Origin: Balanoglossus misakiensis
Taxonomy: Eukaryota > Animalia > Hemichordata
Assembly (NCBI GenBank): GCA_040954595.2
Contig: CM082597.2
Location: forward strand, 6,659,849 to 6,723,848
Direction of reading: 5' to 3'
Length of the DNA: 64,000 nucleotides
This document shows positions 50,798-64,000 of the stretch, piece after piece. How positions within the stretch are numbered: the stretch's first letter is position 1; each line of letters starts with the position of its first letter. Made by a program: the position numbers and the translations under genes. Under the pieces are notes generated by a model. It had not been told where the DNA came from. It saw only the letters and a program-made list of their open reading frames with translations, and did not search any database.

Positions 50798-52765
50798 ATG
50801 GCTGCAGCATATCCTGGAGGTTCCGAGTTAGACAAAGTTCTGAACGAGCTTGGTGAGGATTTCCTCTCCTGTGCGATCTGTCTGGAACTGTTCAAGAAAC
50901 CCAAAGTCTTGCCATGTGACCATTCATTCTGTGAGTCGTGTCTGACAACACTGGTGACAAAGAAAGGTAAGCTGAACTGCCCAACATGCAGTACGCCATG
51001 TCAGCTTCCTGGTGGGGGTGTGACTGAACTGAAAGTCAACTTTTTCATCAACTCGTTGACAGATCTTTATCTGAAAAAGCGTCCTACAGAGAAAGACTTA
51101 AAGCCTTCTGTGTGTAACGGCTGTGAGGAAAACGAAGGAACTCACTATTGCATCGACTGCAGTGTGAATATGTGTGATTCCTGCACTAAACCACACAGAA
51201 AAATTCTGAAAGGTCACAAGGTCATGACACTGGATGAATACAAAAATACAGAATCGTCAACTCTCCTGAAGCAACAAAAAGTCTTCTGCAGTGTCCATCC
51301 AGAAAATGTTGTGAAATTCTACTGTGAGACCTGTAAGCTTATTGTGTGCACAGACTGTGCTATTACCAAACATCCAAGTCCCAAACACACCAACACAGAT
51401 CTGCAAGATGCTGCAAATGACTACACCAAACAGTTGAGAGATCTGCTGTGTCAGGTGACAGAAAAAGAATGGGGAGCAAAGACAAGCACAACACTGGCCA
51501 AACTGAAGAGAGAGACACTGATGGTCGAATGCCAGGAGGAAGAACAGAAAGTGAGACAGAAAACAGCAAAGGTCATACAGAAGGCACAGAGGGAGGAGAA
51601 ACAGTTGATTCAAGAGCTGCAGACAAAATATGGACAGAGAGTAAAGCAGACGGAGGCTCTAATAGATGAGTGGGAACTGAAACATGGCAACATTGCAAGC
51701 CAACGCTGCTACATAGAGACACTGATGCATCATGGGACACCAGCCCAGATCATGGCCACCAAGCAGGAGACAATACATCACATGGAGGAAATTATTTCCA
51801 TGGAGACAGAAATTGATGCCAGAGTGGACGTGGTGAAATTCCGGCCAGCTGAGGAGACCAGAGATGGAGGAATGCTGGGATTGCTTCGTGAAGATTCAGT
51901 GTCAGTAGAGACAAAGAAAGGCTTGGTGAAGACCATTGGATGTAAAGGTAACAAAGGTGGGCAGTTCAATTGCCCTCTAGGTATCAGTATCAACCGACAC
52001 AGAAACTTTGTCACTGCTGATGCTGGTAACAGGAGAGTACAAATCACTGACAGGGATGGGAAATACAAATCAAGTTTCACATTCACTCAGTTTGCACAGC
52101 CTTTCGAACTACGCGATGTCGCAATATCAGCTGATGATGAATACTTCATGACAGATTGGTTTAACAAACAAATAGTTGTGAGTGATGAGAATGGGTCTCT
52201 GATCAAATGCTTTGGGAAAGAAGTCAAGAATCCCCTGCGCCTTGCTATTAGTCCTGTAGATGGAAGTGTGTATGTGAGTGATTGGGATGGAAAGGGTGAT
52301 GCTTCAATCACCGACAAAGAGGGTCACTGCATCAGGAAATACACACATGAGTGTCAGTACATCAAATCATTTGGGAGTTTGGGCACAGGACAGGGACAGC
52401 TTATAGGGCCTGAGTTCTTGACTGTTGACAGTTGTGGAGTAGTGTTTGTATCTGATATAGGCAACAGACGCATTCAAGCATTTAATGCAGATGGTGAGTT
52501 CCTGTTTGCATTTGGAGAATTTGGTGAAAGTGATGGTAAGATTTATTGGCCAACAGGAATAGTGGCTGATAAAGCAGGATATCTGTATGTCTGTGACAAG
52601 AAAAACAACAATGTGCAGAAATTTGACAACAGAGGTAAATTCATCTGTCGCATTGATAAAGCTGAGGATGGGTTAAATGAACCACAAGGTGTCGCTGTGA
52701 CAGATGACATGGAAGTAGTGGTTGCTGACTTTGGCAATCACTGCCTCAAAGTCTTTGCACAGTGA
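50798..52765 (+). CDS. Intronless TRIM-NHL E3 ubiquitin ligase (RING, 2 B-boxes, coiled coil, NHL repeats; TRIM2/3/71-like)
   Basis: CAIC..PKVLPCDHSFCESCL..CPTC (RING); CNGC..HYCIDC..CDSC..H..H (B-box1); CSVH..FYCETC..CTDC..H (B-box2); FNCPLGI, GQLIGP, WPTGI, EPQGVAV (NHL). ATG in aagATGG context at 50798. Confidence 0.95.
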   Translation: MAAAYPGGSELDKVLNELGEDFLSCAICLELFKKPKVLPCDHSFCESCLTTLVTKKGKLNCPTCSTPCQLPGGGVTELKVNFFINSLTDLYLKKRPTEKDLKPSVCNGCEENEGTHYCIDCSVNMCDSCTKPHRKILKGHKVMTLDEYKNTESSTLLKQQKVFCSVHPENVVKFYCETCKLIVCTDCAITKHPSPKHTNTDLQDAANDYTKQLRDLLCQVTEKEWGAKTSTTLAKLKRETLMVECQEEEQKVRQKTAKVIQKAQREEKQLIQELQTKYGQRVKQTEALIDEWELKHGNIASQRCYIETLMHHGTPAQIMATKQETIHHMEEIISMETEIDARVDVVKFRPAEETRDGGMLGLLREDSVSVETKKGLVKTIGCKGNKGGQFNCPLGISINRHRNFVTADAGNRRVQITDRDGKYKSSFTFTQFAQPFELRDVAISADDEYFMTDWFNKQIVVSDENGSLIKCFGKEVKNPLRLAISPVDGSVYVSDWDGKGDASITDKEGHCIRKYTHECQYIKSFGSLGTGQGQLIGPEFLTVDSCGVVFVSDIGNRRIQAFNADGEFLFAFGEFGESDGKIYWPTGIVADKAGYLYVCDKKNNNVQKFDNRGKFICRIDKAEDGLNEPQGVAVTDDMEVVVADFGNHCLKVFAQ

Positions 52766-52792
52766 AAGTGTCACATCTCAATGTATCAACTG

Positions 52793-52972
52793 TAGTGAAA
52801 CCTGTCTATAAACCAGACACCAATTGGAGTGAGAATATTGTTCGCTTTGCAGAGGTGTCTGGTTTACAGAGAGTCTTTCAACCTGTGGTTTTATGTGAAG
52901 GGCACTGGAAAGTGTGTTCGGTATAGACAGGTTTCTCGATCAGACTGAGTTTGGTTTAGACAGATTTTACTG
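52793..52972. mobile_element. Degenerate mariner-type MITE in the TRIM 3' UTR
   Basis: agtgaaacctgtcta..aacc / ggtttagacagattttactg. Confidence 0.5.
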
Positions 52973-54900
52973 TATTTCACTGATATATGGCTTACATGTG
53001 AAGGTGATGGCAGAACCTGGATGCATATATGCCACATTGGTTTGTAGATTAAGGCCCACTACTTGTTTTTTGTCCAGTATTTCTGTCTGTAAATATGAAC
53101 TTTAGTTCTTATTCCACACTATAATACCATAATTCTAAAATGGCCACTGTTCAGTTTGTTGAAACAACCCAGACATGTGCATCATAATTATTGTTGATAA
53201 AGAAACTGAATTCAATTCAATTTTCAGCAATAATAATGCTATCTGTACACATACAGGCTGAACATTTCATCATATGCTGTAGGGGTTTCAACAACAAGCA
53301 GTTGATACAAACAACAACAAAACAAGCAGACACTTGCTGTCACAAAAAAACTTGAGATGATGACTAATGTATCGCTCAACTTCAGATTGCATCTGAAGTC
53401 ACGCACATGAAACCAACTGTAGAATGACTTATGACGGCAAACTGGTTGCCTGAGGTTCCTATTCTTCTGCAGAGACCATGTGCATACAACACTCTCACAA
53501 CTATAGTTGACATTTCTGTTGGAATAGACAGATTTCTCCCAAAAGAGACATCTCTTTGATTCTTATGAGAGAACCCCCATATTTGACGGAGGATATGTTT
53601 TACCCATTTGTGTCCATGTCAGCCCGATTGGAAAGATGGCAGCAAACTTGTAGTTTTTTTTTTCCAGAGATGACAAATCTTTCCGAAGGGGGACATGCAA
53701 GTCATACAGTATTCACATCAGCTGATATTTTTTTATTGAACTCCATATAGAGACTTTGAGTTTTGGGTTCTGAGTTTAACCAAGATTACACAATACTTAA
53801 ATATTTTATGGTGTGGATTTTTAGGTTTACAAGTATCTTTAAAAGATTTGTATTTCATGAAGTGAATATGTCGCAGTCAACAGTGGCAGCAAAAAAAAGC
53901 AATTTTCTGACAAAAATATCTGTACAGTACTTTTTATGACGTTATCAAGAATTTTGCATTTTGTCTGTAACATATTGGGAACATTTTACATGGTTTATAA
54001 TTAAAGCAAAGTATATCTGTTGTCCAATTGCTACATTATCAGTTAACTGACTAACAATTCCACTGTTGCCAAGGTAAAACTGATAACATGTTGTTTATTG
54101 AGTATGTCATGACCTCCTTGTTACTGTACAATTTTTGTCAGTTAAAAAATCTTCAGTGACTTTTCACCGACACAAATCTGACTACACCCAGTTGGAGTCA
54201 GAGTCTTTGATATTATACTTTTTCATGATTTTTCATGTTTTTTAAAGACAAAAAAGACAAAAAAATAATTTCGGAATTCTGGAAAATTTATCAGAATTTC
54301 CTTTTAATCTTGGATTTCCTTCAACAGACATAAGTGTTGCCATCGCCTTGATGCAACTGTTTCATATAATTCTCTAACAAAATCTGCTGAATTTGTTTTA
54401 TTCAGCTGATTTTTTCCCCAAAAATTCAGCTGTAGTTTTCACTGATTTTTGCTTTTTCCCCATAATCCTGTTGAATTTTTCACTGATTTTTCCCCAAAAA
54501 AATTCAGCAGAATTTTACACCAATCAGAGACTTTTGGAAAGGTGTGGCACAAAATATAGGATTAAAACAAAAATCTAATGTCACATTTATAAACTTTTAA
54601 TTATTATTTCTTCACCAATATTAAAAGTTTTCAAATATGAAACGTATTATTTTTGAAATGTGGAATTCCGAAATTAGTTTGGAACATGTACATATATAAT
54701 TCAGCTCTATAACAAGACCAATGTTTTTTAGATCACTACATTTATTGAACATTTCCACCATGTTATTTTTTGTGGAACAATGTTATCACACTTAGATGAA
54801 TAATGAATTCATAGCTGAGTGTTATAAATATGTCTGTTGATAAATAATTTCAAAATATGTTTTCAGATTTTCTTTACTACAATTCAGAGTACTTCGTTAA

Positions 54901-54986
54901 CCCTTTCACCCCCATTTCACTGTGTAAAGGTCCAACTCTGCCATTGGAGAACAATGGAGTTAGACCAAACCATGGTGGAGAAAGGG
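54901..54986. mobile_element. Very short TTAA-flanked MITE (piggyBac-like CCC...GGG ends)
   Basis: ttaa|ccctttcacc ... ggagaaaggg|ttaa. Confidence 0.65.
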
Positions 54987-57308
54987 TTAAAACAACTTAG
55001 CCTCCTCAGATCCTAATGTGTGTATAGTACTGTTTTTTAATCCATTTTAGTTTTTGAGCTTTAGTTTTTGAGATTACATGTAATGTGTTGACTGTTATCA
55101 GTGGTTTTCTACTTTCATGAACTTTCAACAACTTTTTGTCATTTTACAGGAAATCATAGATACATTATTTGCAACATGTTGTACTCAATTTATTTTTCTT
55201 GACTTTGGTTTTGACGATATACTCTTATAACTCATAAATAATCTGGACTGCAAACATGCAAATTATTGATTATTTGGTTGACGATCGATAGACACTTATA
55301 ACTCACAAATCTGGACAATGAACATTACTGAGTTGTTTGGTTGACTGATTTGAGACCTGTTGTATGTTAGTATAATCACCAAGACACTGTGTTTCTGTCG
55401 ACTTCAGTACTTATCACATGAACATTGGACCACTTAACTTTAATTTACGACCAAACAGCTAGCAACATTTTTTTGTAACCAATTTAAATTCCTGTAGATT
55501 TCTTGATGAGGGGTTTATTATCAGGTCAACAGTGGCCTTGACATAAATTTGTTAGTGGATCACAATTTTTGGTGAAATCATTCGGGTTTTTTTAAATAAC
55601 CAAGAATACACTGTTATCATGTTTAGTTTGTGTGGACTAACAGCTGATACATTTGTTGTGCAAAATTGATGTGGTGAATAAACAGGTTTTCATAAGTCTT
55701 TTACGTTTCATGTCTTCATTTTTAAAAGAAACCCCAGTTAATACTTGAAAGTTGGAGTTACTAGAGAATTAACACTTGTGGAATGACTGTGATTGCGAAC
55801 ATGTTGATCTTTAAATATAAAAAAATTGCTGAAATTTTAGGGACAAGATTAAAGTTTTCAAAAATAAATACTTATATTGGTACACTATTTAGAAATCCTG
55901 CATATTTGACACACAATTTAGCCTTCAGGACGCAATATTTATTTGACTTGCATCATTCAAGGGGACACAGCATCAGAGCGAACTCAAAACAATGTGCATG
56001 GTCATTCCTGACAGTAGCCGTACGTACACTACAGCACGTATCAGGGTCGGCCTCAACTGTGACGCCAATCATGGTTGAATCAGTTCTGAAAATAAACTTC
56101 CAACTAAAATTCACTGTATCACTAAACTGCAAATTATAGCTACATATAACATTTGGGTCTGTTCTAAATGTACCTTATACATGACAAGGTGGGACGCGCC
56201 TTAGTTTTTGGACTGTTTTATTGTTGACATGAAAACTATGACACATCTGGAAAGAAATCTTGATATAAAGAAAGATGTACTCTGAAATTTAAAAATGAAT
56301 AATTACAACTACTGTGTCTACTGACCCTCAAGGGACCAGGGTGTTTCACTTCTGTTGCAATGTCATTTCCATTGACACAAGTTCAGATGCCAGTTAGCTA
56401 TTCATTACACATAATAGCAAGACATAACAGTTTGTTTACGTCTGGGTGTGTTTAATACTAACAATAAAGGCTGTCCCTTATATGATCAGAATATGTTGAT
56501 TCCAGTAATTACAAGAAAACATATCAATTTAGTTTCAATTGTAGCAACTGTTATGATTTATCTGAGCTGAGACAACATCTCTGCTTTGAAGATTTGTTTT
56601 GTGGCATCAAAACACAAAGTGAGTTTCCTATGAAGACAACGTTCAGAAAGATTTTCAGGTAGGCTTGGAGGAAATAATGCTATCCAAATATGCGTTAGAG
56701 TACAGGTATAAAAATCTCTCATAACTACCCATCATGCATCAGTCAGACTGTGCTACTTGTATCATGGAGCAAAACTAGCAAAAATATCCAAATATCAAAT
56801 TTGTCTGTTGAAAAGTTGTATACAATACCATATAACTTTTAAATAGCTTCCAAGAATATTTTAATACATTGAGTGTTCAATGGGGAAATGTACATAGATA
56901 GCGTGAAAACATTCTAGACATTTGATGAGCACAAAGTGAAAAGACACTGATAGAGTTATGATATCAAGTCAAAATGGATTGCAACAGTAATTGCCACTGT
57001 AACTGGACATGCTGGTAGTAGAAACAACATTGGTTAGACTTTATGGTTGAACCCTGTGACTTGACAAGCATTTGCAGACACTGTACAGGCCATCCAGATG
57101 AAAAAACATTGGAAACGACACAAAAACATGCTAACATACTAAGTGACTTGGCAAACAACTGATATCAGCCATATGTGGTTTATTTTCCAGCCATCAATGA
57201 CAGCGCAAGACTTCATTCTGACCTTTCCACCCCGACAGTATGGTTCAGCCCATTGTTTTTAATGATATGGTTTAACCCACATACTAGAAATGGGGTGAAA
57301 GTCTCTCT

Positions 57309-57435
57309 CTATGTTCTATTTTGTTGTGAAGCTGTCAACTTAATAATTCTTCTTCCCAAGTGGGCATTGTGTTGTTGCAGGTATCTAATCATATCAGCTT
57401 GCTTCTCCAAAATATCATCCACCTGATTACTATCC
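57309..57435 (-). pseudogene. TMEM192: Terminal exon of TMEM192-like gene (copy 3)
   Basis: Same peptide; one synonymous change (Leu). Confidence 0.7.
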
Positions 57436-59399
57436 CTGTAACAAACAAAATACAAAAACACTCATTAAAATCACGAATTTACTTCAATTCCAAACCAAGG
57501 TAGCGATTTGACGCGCTCGCCTTTGTGTGTGGCTGGGCAACAGGTGTCTGCCGATGTCAAACTGCCATAGCTGTAGTATACTATATCTACAGTATACAGT
57601 CAAACCTGTATTAGTGGCTACCTCTATATAGTGGCCACTTTGTTACAGTCCCTGTGCAATTTACATATGCATTAATTGACCTGTATATAGAGGCCATTAT
57701 CTGTCTATAAAGGCCAGTTCAGGAGAGTCCCTTAACTGGCCACTATAGACAGGTTCGACTGTACTACAGCAGATCAACATCATCAGGCACCTGTGCATGG
57801 GTCCTAATACAATGTAATTGTTCTAACTGTGGCCAAAACAAATTTGCTGGCATACCAAATCCCCACCCCCAGAAATCAAATGGTTCTCCCCAAAGAAACA
57901 ATACAACAGATTTATTCCACATAAAGTGTAGACAGAATTGTTATCATACAATCAGCCACTGACTCACACAGTAACCTGCAATATAGGCCAACTCTTTCAT
58001 TCTCTGTCAAAGTTTGCAACTGTTATCTTTGTGTAAAGAATTGTCCATTGTGTTACTTCCAGAACTTTTGACCTCAACTTGTGGGTGGATTCAACACCCC
58101 AGCCAGTTTTAAAAAAGCTGTACAAGCCGAGATAAGAAGTGAATAGAAATTGCTGACTGACAGTTAAATCAAAAACTGTTTATCTAGGAAATGAAGCCAA
58201 ATGAAATGAAACTTAATTTCATATACAAGTAGCAAACAATATAATAATATGATCTGATGTTTTTGTAGTGTTGCTATAGTAACACTGTTCGTTGTCACCA
58301 GTTTTTCAGCTAGCGCACGGCCTTGCGACATTTGACGCAATAAATGTTGGATTGTCGAAACAAAATAATCTTTATGGGTCACTTTGACGCATTCTTACTG
58401 AGTGAGCAACAATATGACTGATTGTCACCTCCCGTACTTTTGCTTTGCGTCCACCTTTGCTTTCACTGGAACTTGTTACTCCCTTTCAATATTTGATAAT
58501 TTAGTGAACACAACTGAGTGATTTCACACCTTGCACAGCTTGAATCACCCTAGAAGCAACACAGCTCTGCACGCTGTCAAGACCAGTGCGCTGCCATTTT
58601 ATTCAGTGCACAAGTTATCTTTACACAGGCGTCCTATAAATAGCATCAATAGCCTAGTAACACAAGCAACGCACAGAGCTTAGGCGCATTGTAACAACTT
58701 AGCTAAACTTAACAAATGATGAAGTAACTTTTGTTGGAGGTCATGCCATGTGTCTGTGCGTCTGCACAGGCTTATAAAATTAACAGCAGCCCAGGGCCGG
58801 TAATAATTGCGCAGGGCAGGTATATAACGTAAATTTCATCGTCACCTGCCCTGATTTATGCCAATAACTTGATAAAGGAAACTTTTTAATACTTTGCACT
58901 ATGTGACTTAGTTTAGAATATGAATGGTATGATTGCAAAAAAATTATTATCAAAGCAATTAATCTGATGCTAAATGTTGATCTTTTTGCCCCAAAAAACA
59001 ATACGCGATACAATTTCTTCACCAATCGCAGTACATAATTAACACAAAATCTGAGATGTCTTAGGATATGTCTTATTTCTAAAAATTACATACATGTACT
59101 GGGTAGTAGGATATAAAAGACAATCCGCAAGGAAAACTTGTGAACTTGGCATGAGCACGCAGACTGTTTAATCGAGGATGGCATAAACATGCAGGGGGGG
59201 GGGGGGAATTCCACTCCAGCAAGGGGGGACTGTAATATCTCTAGCCGGGCAGGTAAATTTTCAGAGTGTGTATCTAATGGGCAGGTAAGAAAGCAAAACA
59301 GAAATCTTAAGGCCTGACTGCATAATTAGACACCCGATTATAATAATTTATATCGATGTTTAGGGGCCATAGTGATGTCCAAAAGAAGCTATGATTATG

Positions 59400-59774
59400 C
59401 ATCGTCGTAAAACCACGACCTGTTTACGGCAACTGCTACGCGCTACCGCCAACAGGCCGTGGTGGATTTGGAAGGTTTTCGCGGATCCCAGCGTCAGTTC
59501 CAGCAGCCAGACAAAGGAACCAATCAGAGAGCCCGTCTCATAAAACTGCATAACTTATTTAAATGACAGTGCAAAATGGCGGATTTAAAGCTGACAGCAG
59601 CCGAAGAGCTCGCGATAAAACGACTACTGATTGGCTAATTCCAATGTCGTTTCTCATGAATAATTCATTAGTCTACGTCCTAAATTCCGGGGTTCCCTAC
59701 TGTAATCTGCCAGAGCCCGTTTTTTGCGTAGCTCCGCGGAGCGGAAACACGGTCGGCTCTGGCTTGCGAGAATG
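59400..59774. mobile_element. Insertion with imperfect TIRs and 8-bp TSD TGATTATG, specific to unit copy 3
   Basis: TSD at 59392-59399 and 59775-59782; empty sites near 43962 and 49985. Confidence 0.85.
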
Positions 59775-62256
59775 TGATTATGTAAATGTTATGGAAATTA
59801 GCCCTGACTCTATGATTTTTTCTAGGGAGAACCCTGTCCTGATATTTATTGTCCCTCGAAAATATGATTTGTTCCCCTTTCTAACCTGCTGCGGGTCATA
59901 ATGTTCCCATGCTTTCAAAAGCTGGCTGAAACATTGTGTCACCATGTTGTCTTCAAGAAAATAATTCACATTTCACTATTGGGTATAATACCATCTATCA
60001 GCACAGGGGACTGCAAACATTAAACTTAAAATTATAAATGGCGGAGTTCTGATCTGCATTTTCCCCACCCGTCTTATAATTTGCTAATGTAGAATAAAAG
60101 CTATCGCATTTCCCATTAAGCACCTGCTAACGACTTAATCTGTGTGCCCCATCCACGGATTAAGTTGATAAAGTAAACATCAGTCAGCGAGTACTGGGTA
60201 TAACCAAGTGAGAACTAACCGATGTTTACTTTATCCACTTAATCCGTGGATGGGGCACACAGATTAAGTCGTTAGCAGGTGCTTATAGGAAATTCGATAG
60301 CTAGTATTTTGGATTAGCAACTGATAAGACAGGTGGAGGTAACACAGAAAAATAAACAAGCACAGAGACTGTTCAGCAAGTACTGTTTATTGGGCGAAAA
60401 ATGCACACCAAAACTCCGCCATAACTTTAATGTTTGCAGCCCCCCCCCCCCCCCCCCTGTGCTATCAGGGTGAAATATTGTTCCTCACACAAATTCTGTA
60501 TTGGGAAATTGGTTGCCAGAGATGGAACTTTCATGCAGACACAATGTGTAGGTTTATAATTTGCAGTGAATGTTTGCAAAGATCTGTGAAAATACAAGAA
60601 GAGACAAATAATTTGCAATGAATGTTTGCAAACATTTGTGAAAATATAAGAAGAGACAAATAATTTGCAATGAATGTTTGCAAAGATTTGTGAAAATACA
60701 AGAAGAGACAAACAGCTCACAATGTCTAATGAGTACCAAGAAATTTGGGACGGTTCATTGGTATAATGTGATGATGTGTCCCACTTTCAGTTCAATATAT
60801 CGGTATTTGTCAACTGTACCCCGTCAAAGTTTACATTCATTCTCTTCTCAGTGATTCATTGTGTTCAAGTTTGACCTTTTGACCTCAACTCTCAGGTACT
60901 CAGCCGGTACTAGGTAGACCCTGGTATTTGCTGAATCACTGAATTCAATTCATCATGTGACTTTGGTGGCTTGCCAAGTTTTTATAAACTACAGCACATA
61001 TCAGGGTCTGCCTCAACTGTGACGGCAATCATGGTTTAATCAGTTCTGAAAATAAACTTCCAACAAAAATTCACTGTATCACTAAACTGCAAATTATAGC
61101 TACATATGTGTAATATTGGGTCTGTTCTAAATGTACCTTATACATGACAAGGTGGGGCACGTTTTTGGTGTTTTATTGTTGACATGAAAACCATGACACA
61201 TCTGGAAAAAAAATCTTGATATAAAGAAAGATGTACTCTGAAATTTAAAAATGAATAATTACAACTACTGTGTCTACTGACCCTCAAGGGATAAGGGTGT
61301 TTCATTTCTGATGCAATGTCATTTCCATTGACACAAGTTCAGTTGCCAGTTAGCTATTCATTACACATAATAGCAAGACATAACAGTTTGTTTACGTCTG
61401 GGTGCGTTTAATACTAACAATAAAGGCTGTCCCTTATATGATCAGAATATTTTGATGCCAGTAATTACAAGAAAACATATCAATTTAGTTTCAATTGTAG
61501 CAACTGTTATGAATTATCTGAGCTGAGACAACATCTCTGCTTTGAAGATTTGTTTTGTGGCATCAAAACACAAAGTGAGTTTCCTATGAAGACAACGTTC
61601 AGAAAGATTTTCAGGTTGGCTTGGAGGAAATAATGCTATCCAAATATGCGTTAGAGTACGGGTATAAAAATCTGTCATAACTACCCATCATGCACCAGTC
61701 AGACTGTGCTACTAGTATCATAGAGCGAAACTAGCAAATATCAAATTTGTCTGTTGAAAAGTTTTATACAATACCATATAACTTTTAAATAGCTTCCAAG
61801 AATATTGTAATACATTGAGTGTTCAATGGGAAAATGTACATAGATAGCGTGAAAACATTCTAGACATTTGATGAGCACAAAGTGAAAAGACACTGATCGA
61901 GTTATGATATCAAGTCAAAATGGATTGCAACAGTAATTGCCACTGTAACTGGACATGCTGGTAGTAGAAACAACATTGGTTAGACTTTATGGTTGAACCC
62001 TGTGACTTGACAAGCATTTGCAGACACTGTACAGGCCATCCAGATGAAACCACATTGGAAACGACACCAAAACATGCTAACATACTAAAGTGACTTGGCA
62101 AACAACTGATATCAGCCATATGTGGTTTATTTTCCAGTCATCGATGACAGCGCGAGACTTCATTCTGACCTTTCCACCCCCGACAGTATGGTTCAGCCCA
62201 TTGTTTTCAATGATATGGTTTAACCCATATACTAGAAATGGGGTGAAAGTCTCTCT

Positions 62257-62383
62257 CTATGTTCTATTTTGTTGTGAAGCTGTCAACTTAATAATTCTTC
62301 TTCCCAAGTGGGCATTGTGTTGTTGCAGGTATCTAATCATATCAGCTTGCTTCTCCAAAATATCATCCACCTGATTACTATCC
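62257..62383 (-). CDS. TMEM192: Terminal exon of TMEM192-like gene (copy 4; orphan, or used by a gene upstream of the window)
   Basis: Same peptide and intact acceptor; it is the most 5' copy on the minus strand in this window. Confidence 0.55.
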
Positions 62384-63401
62384 CTGTAACAAACAAAATA
62401 CAAAAACACTCATTAAAATCACAAATTTACTTCAATTCCAACACAAGTTAGCAATTTGACGCGCTCGCGTTTGTGTGTGGCTGGGCAGCAGGTGTCTGTC
62501 GATGTCAAACTGCCATAGCTGTAGTATACTATGTTTACAGTATACAGTCAAACCTGTATTAGTGGCTACCTCTATATAGTGGCCACTTTGTTACAGTCCC
62601 TGTGCAATTTACATATGCATTAATTGACCTGTATATAGAGGCCATTATCTGTCTATAAAGGCCAGTTCAGGAGAGTCCCTTAACTGGCCACTATAGACAG
62701 GTTCGACTGTACTACAGCAGATCAACATCATCAGGCACCTGTGCATGGGTCCTAATACAATGTAATTGTTCTAACTGTGGCCAAAACAAATTTGCTGGCA
62801 TACCAAATCCCCACCCCCAGAAATCAAATGGTTAATCTCCCCTAAGAAACAATACAACATATTTATTCCACATAAAGTGTAGAAAGAATTATTATCATAC
62901 AATCAGCCACTGACTCACACAGTAACCTGCAATATAGGCCAACTCTTTCATTCTCTGTCAAAGTTTGCAACTGTTATCTTTGTGTAAAGAATTGTCCATT
63001 GTGTTACTTCCAGAACTTTTGACCTCAACTTGTGGGTGGATTCAACACCCCAGCCAGTTTAAAAATAGCTGTACTAGCCGAGATAAGAAGTGAATAGAAA
63101 TTGCTGACTAACAGTTAAATCAAAAACTGTTTATCTAGGAAATGAAGCCAAATGAAATGAAACTTAATTTCATATACAAGCAGCAAAAAATATAATAATA
63201 TGATCTGATGTTTTTGTAGTGTTGCTATGGTAACACTGTCAGTTGCCACCAAGTTGTCTTCAAGAAAAAAAAATTCACATTTCACTATTGGTATAATACC
63301 ATGTATCAGGATGAAATATGGTTCCTCACACAAATTCTGTATTGGGAAATTGGTTGCCAGAGATGGAACTTTCATGCAGACACAATGTGTATGTTTATAA
63401 T

Positions 63402-63620
63402 TAAGCAATAAAACACCCCCAGCCATGGTATACCTTGGCTGGGGGTGTTTTATTGCTATTATATTATGCCAGTATATTGAAACTTTGCATAAAACATTTT
63501 TAAAAGGCATTTTCTTTGACTATGATATATGACTGTGGTATATGGCTAATATATCACGGTCACGTGTCGTGTCTCGACCAATCAAATAGCGTGATTTACA
63601 CCATCAATATACTAGTATAA
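63402..63620. mobile_element. Short insertion with a terminal hairpin, in a TATAAT context, specific to copy 4
   Basis: agcaataaaacacccccagcca..tggctgggggtgttttattgct stem; empty site tgtttataatttgcaatg near 50277. Confidence 0.7.
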
Positions 63621-64000
63621 TATAATTTGCAATGAATGTTTGCAAAGATTTGTGAAAATACAAGAAGAGACAAATAATTTGCAAAAATGTTTGCAAAGAT
63701 TTGTGAAAATACAATTGAAGAGACAAATAATTTGCAATGAATCTTTGCAAAGATTTGTGAAAATACAAGAAGAGACAAACAGCTCACAATGTCTAATGAG
63801 TACCAAGAAATCTGGGACGGTTCATTGGTATAATGTGATGATGTGTCCCACTTTCAGTTCAATATATCGGTATTTGTCAACTGTACCCAGTCAAAGTTTA
63901 CATTCATTCTCTTCTCAGTGATTCATTGTGTTCAAGTTTGACCTTTTGACCTCAACTCTCAGGTACTCAGCCGGTACTAGGTAGACTCTGGTATTTGCTG

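Larger units (their letters stand above)
27790..64000. repeat. Tandem segmental duplication, ~5 kb unit, ~4 copies
   Basis: Near-identical blocks beginning gtttttattgttgacatgaaaac near 27803, 45352, 56215 and 61170. Copy 1 is split by the 29821-43140 insert, copy 2 includes the TRIM segment, copy 4 runs off the window. Confidence 0.95.

Noticed and set aside
50715-56029. TRIM gene as a fresh retrocopy
   Set aside because: No poly(A) tail or TSD at the boundaries; deletion in the sister copies is the simpler explanation.

Overview
AT-rich, intron-containing animal genomic DNA. The gene and repeat content suggest a marine invertebrate deuterostome, possibly a hemichordate, but this is inference only. 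(1) 1-26.5 kb: two tandem minus-strand genes with signal peptide, two C-type lectin domains and a polycystin-1-like (PKD1L/REJ-type) GAIN/GPS stalk. Both appear to stop just after the GPS site with no transmembrane segment. The region also holds fragments of further paralogs, a 3.6 kb foldback element carrying a satellite array, a Ngaro/DIRS retrotransposon with its tyrosine recombinase deleted, and a Helentron-like non-autonomous element. (2) 27.8-64 kb: about four copies of a ~5 kb segmental duplication unit. Each carries the terminal exon of a TMEM192-like gene, and one also carries an intronless TRIM-NHL gene. (3) The first unit is split by a 13.3 kb block bounded by Helentron 5' and 3' ends that contains a complete multi-exon beta-propeller (lectin-like) type I membrane protein gene, a candidate whole-gene Helentron transduction. 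All calls come from reading the sequence by eye; no database searches were run.
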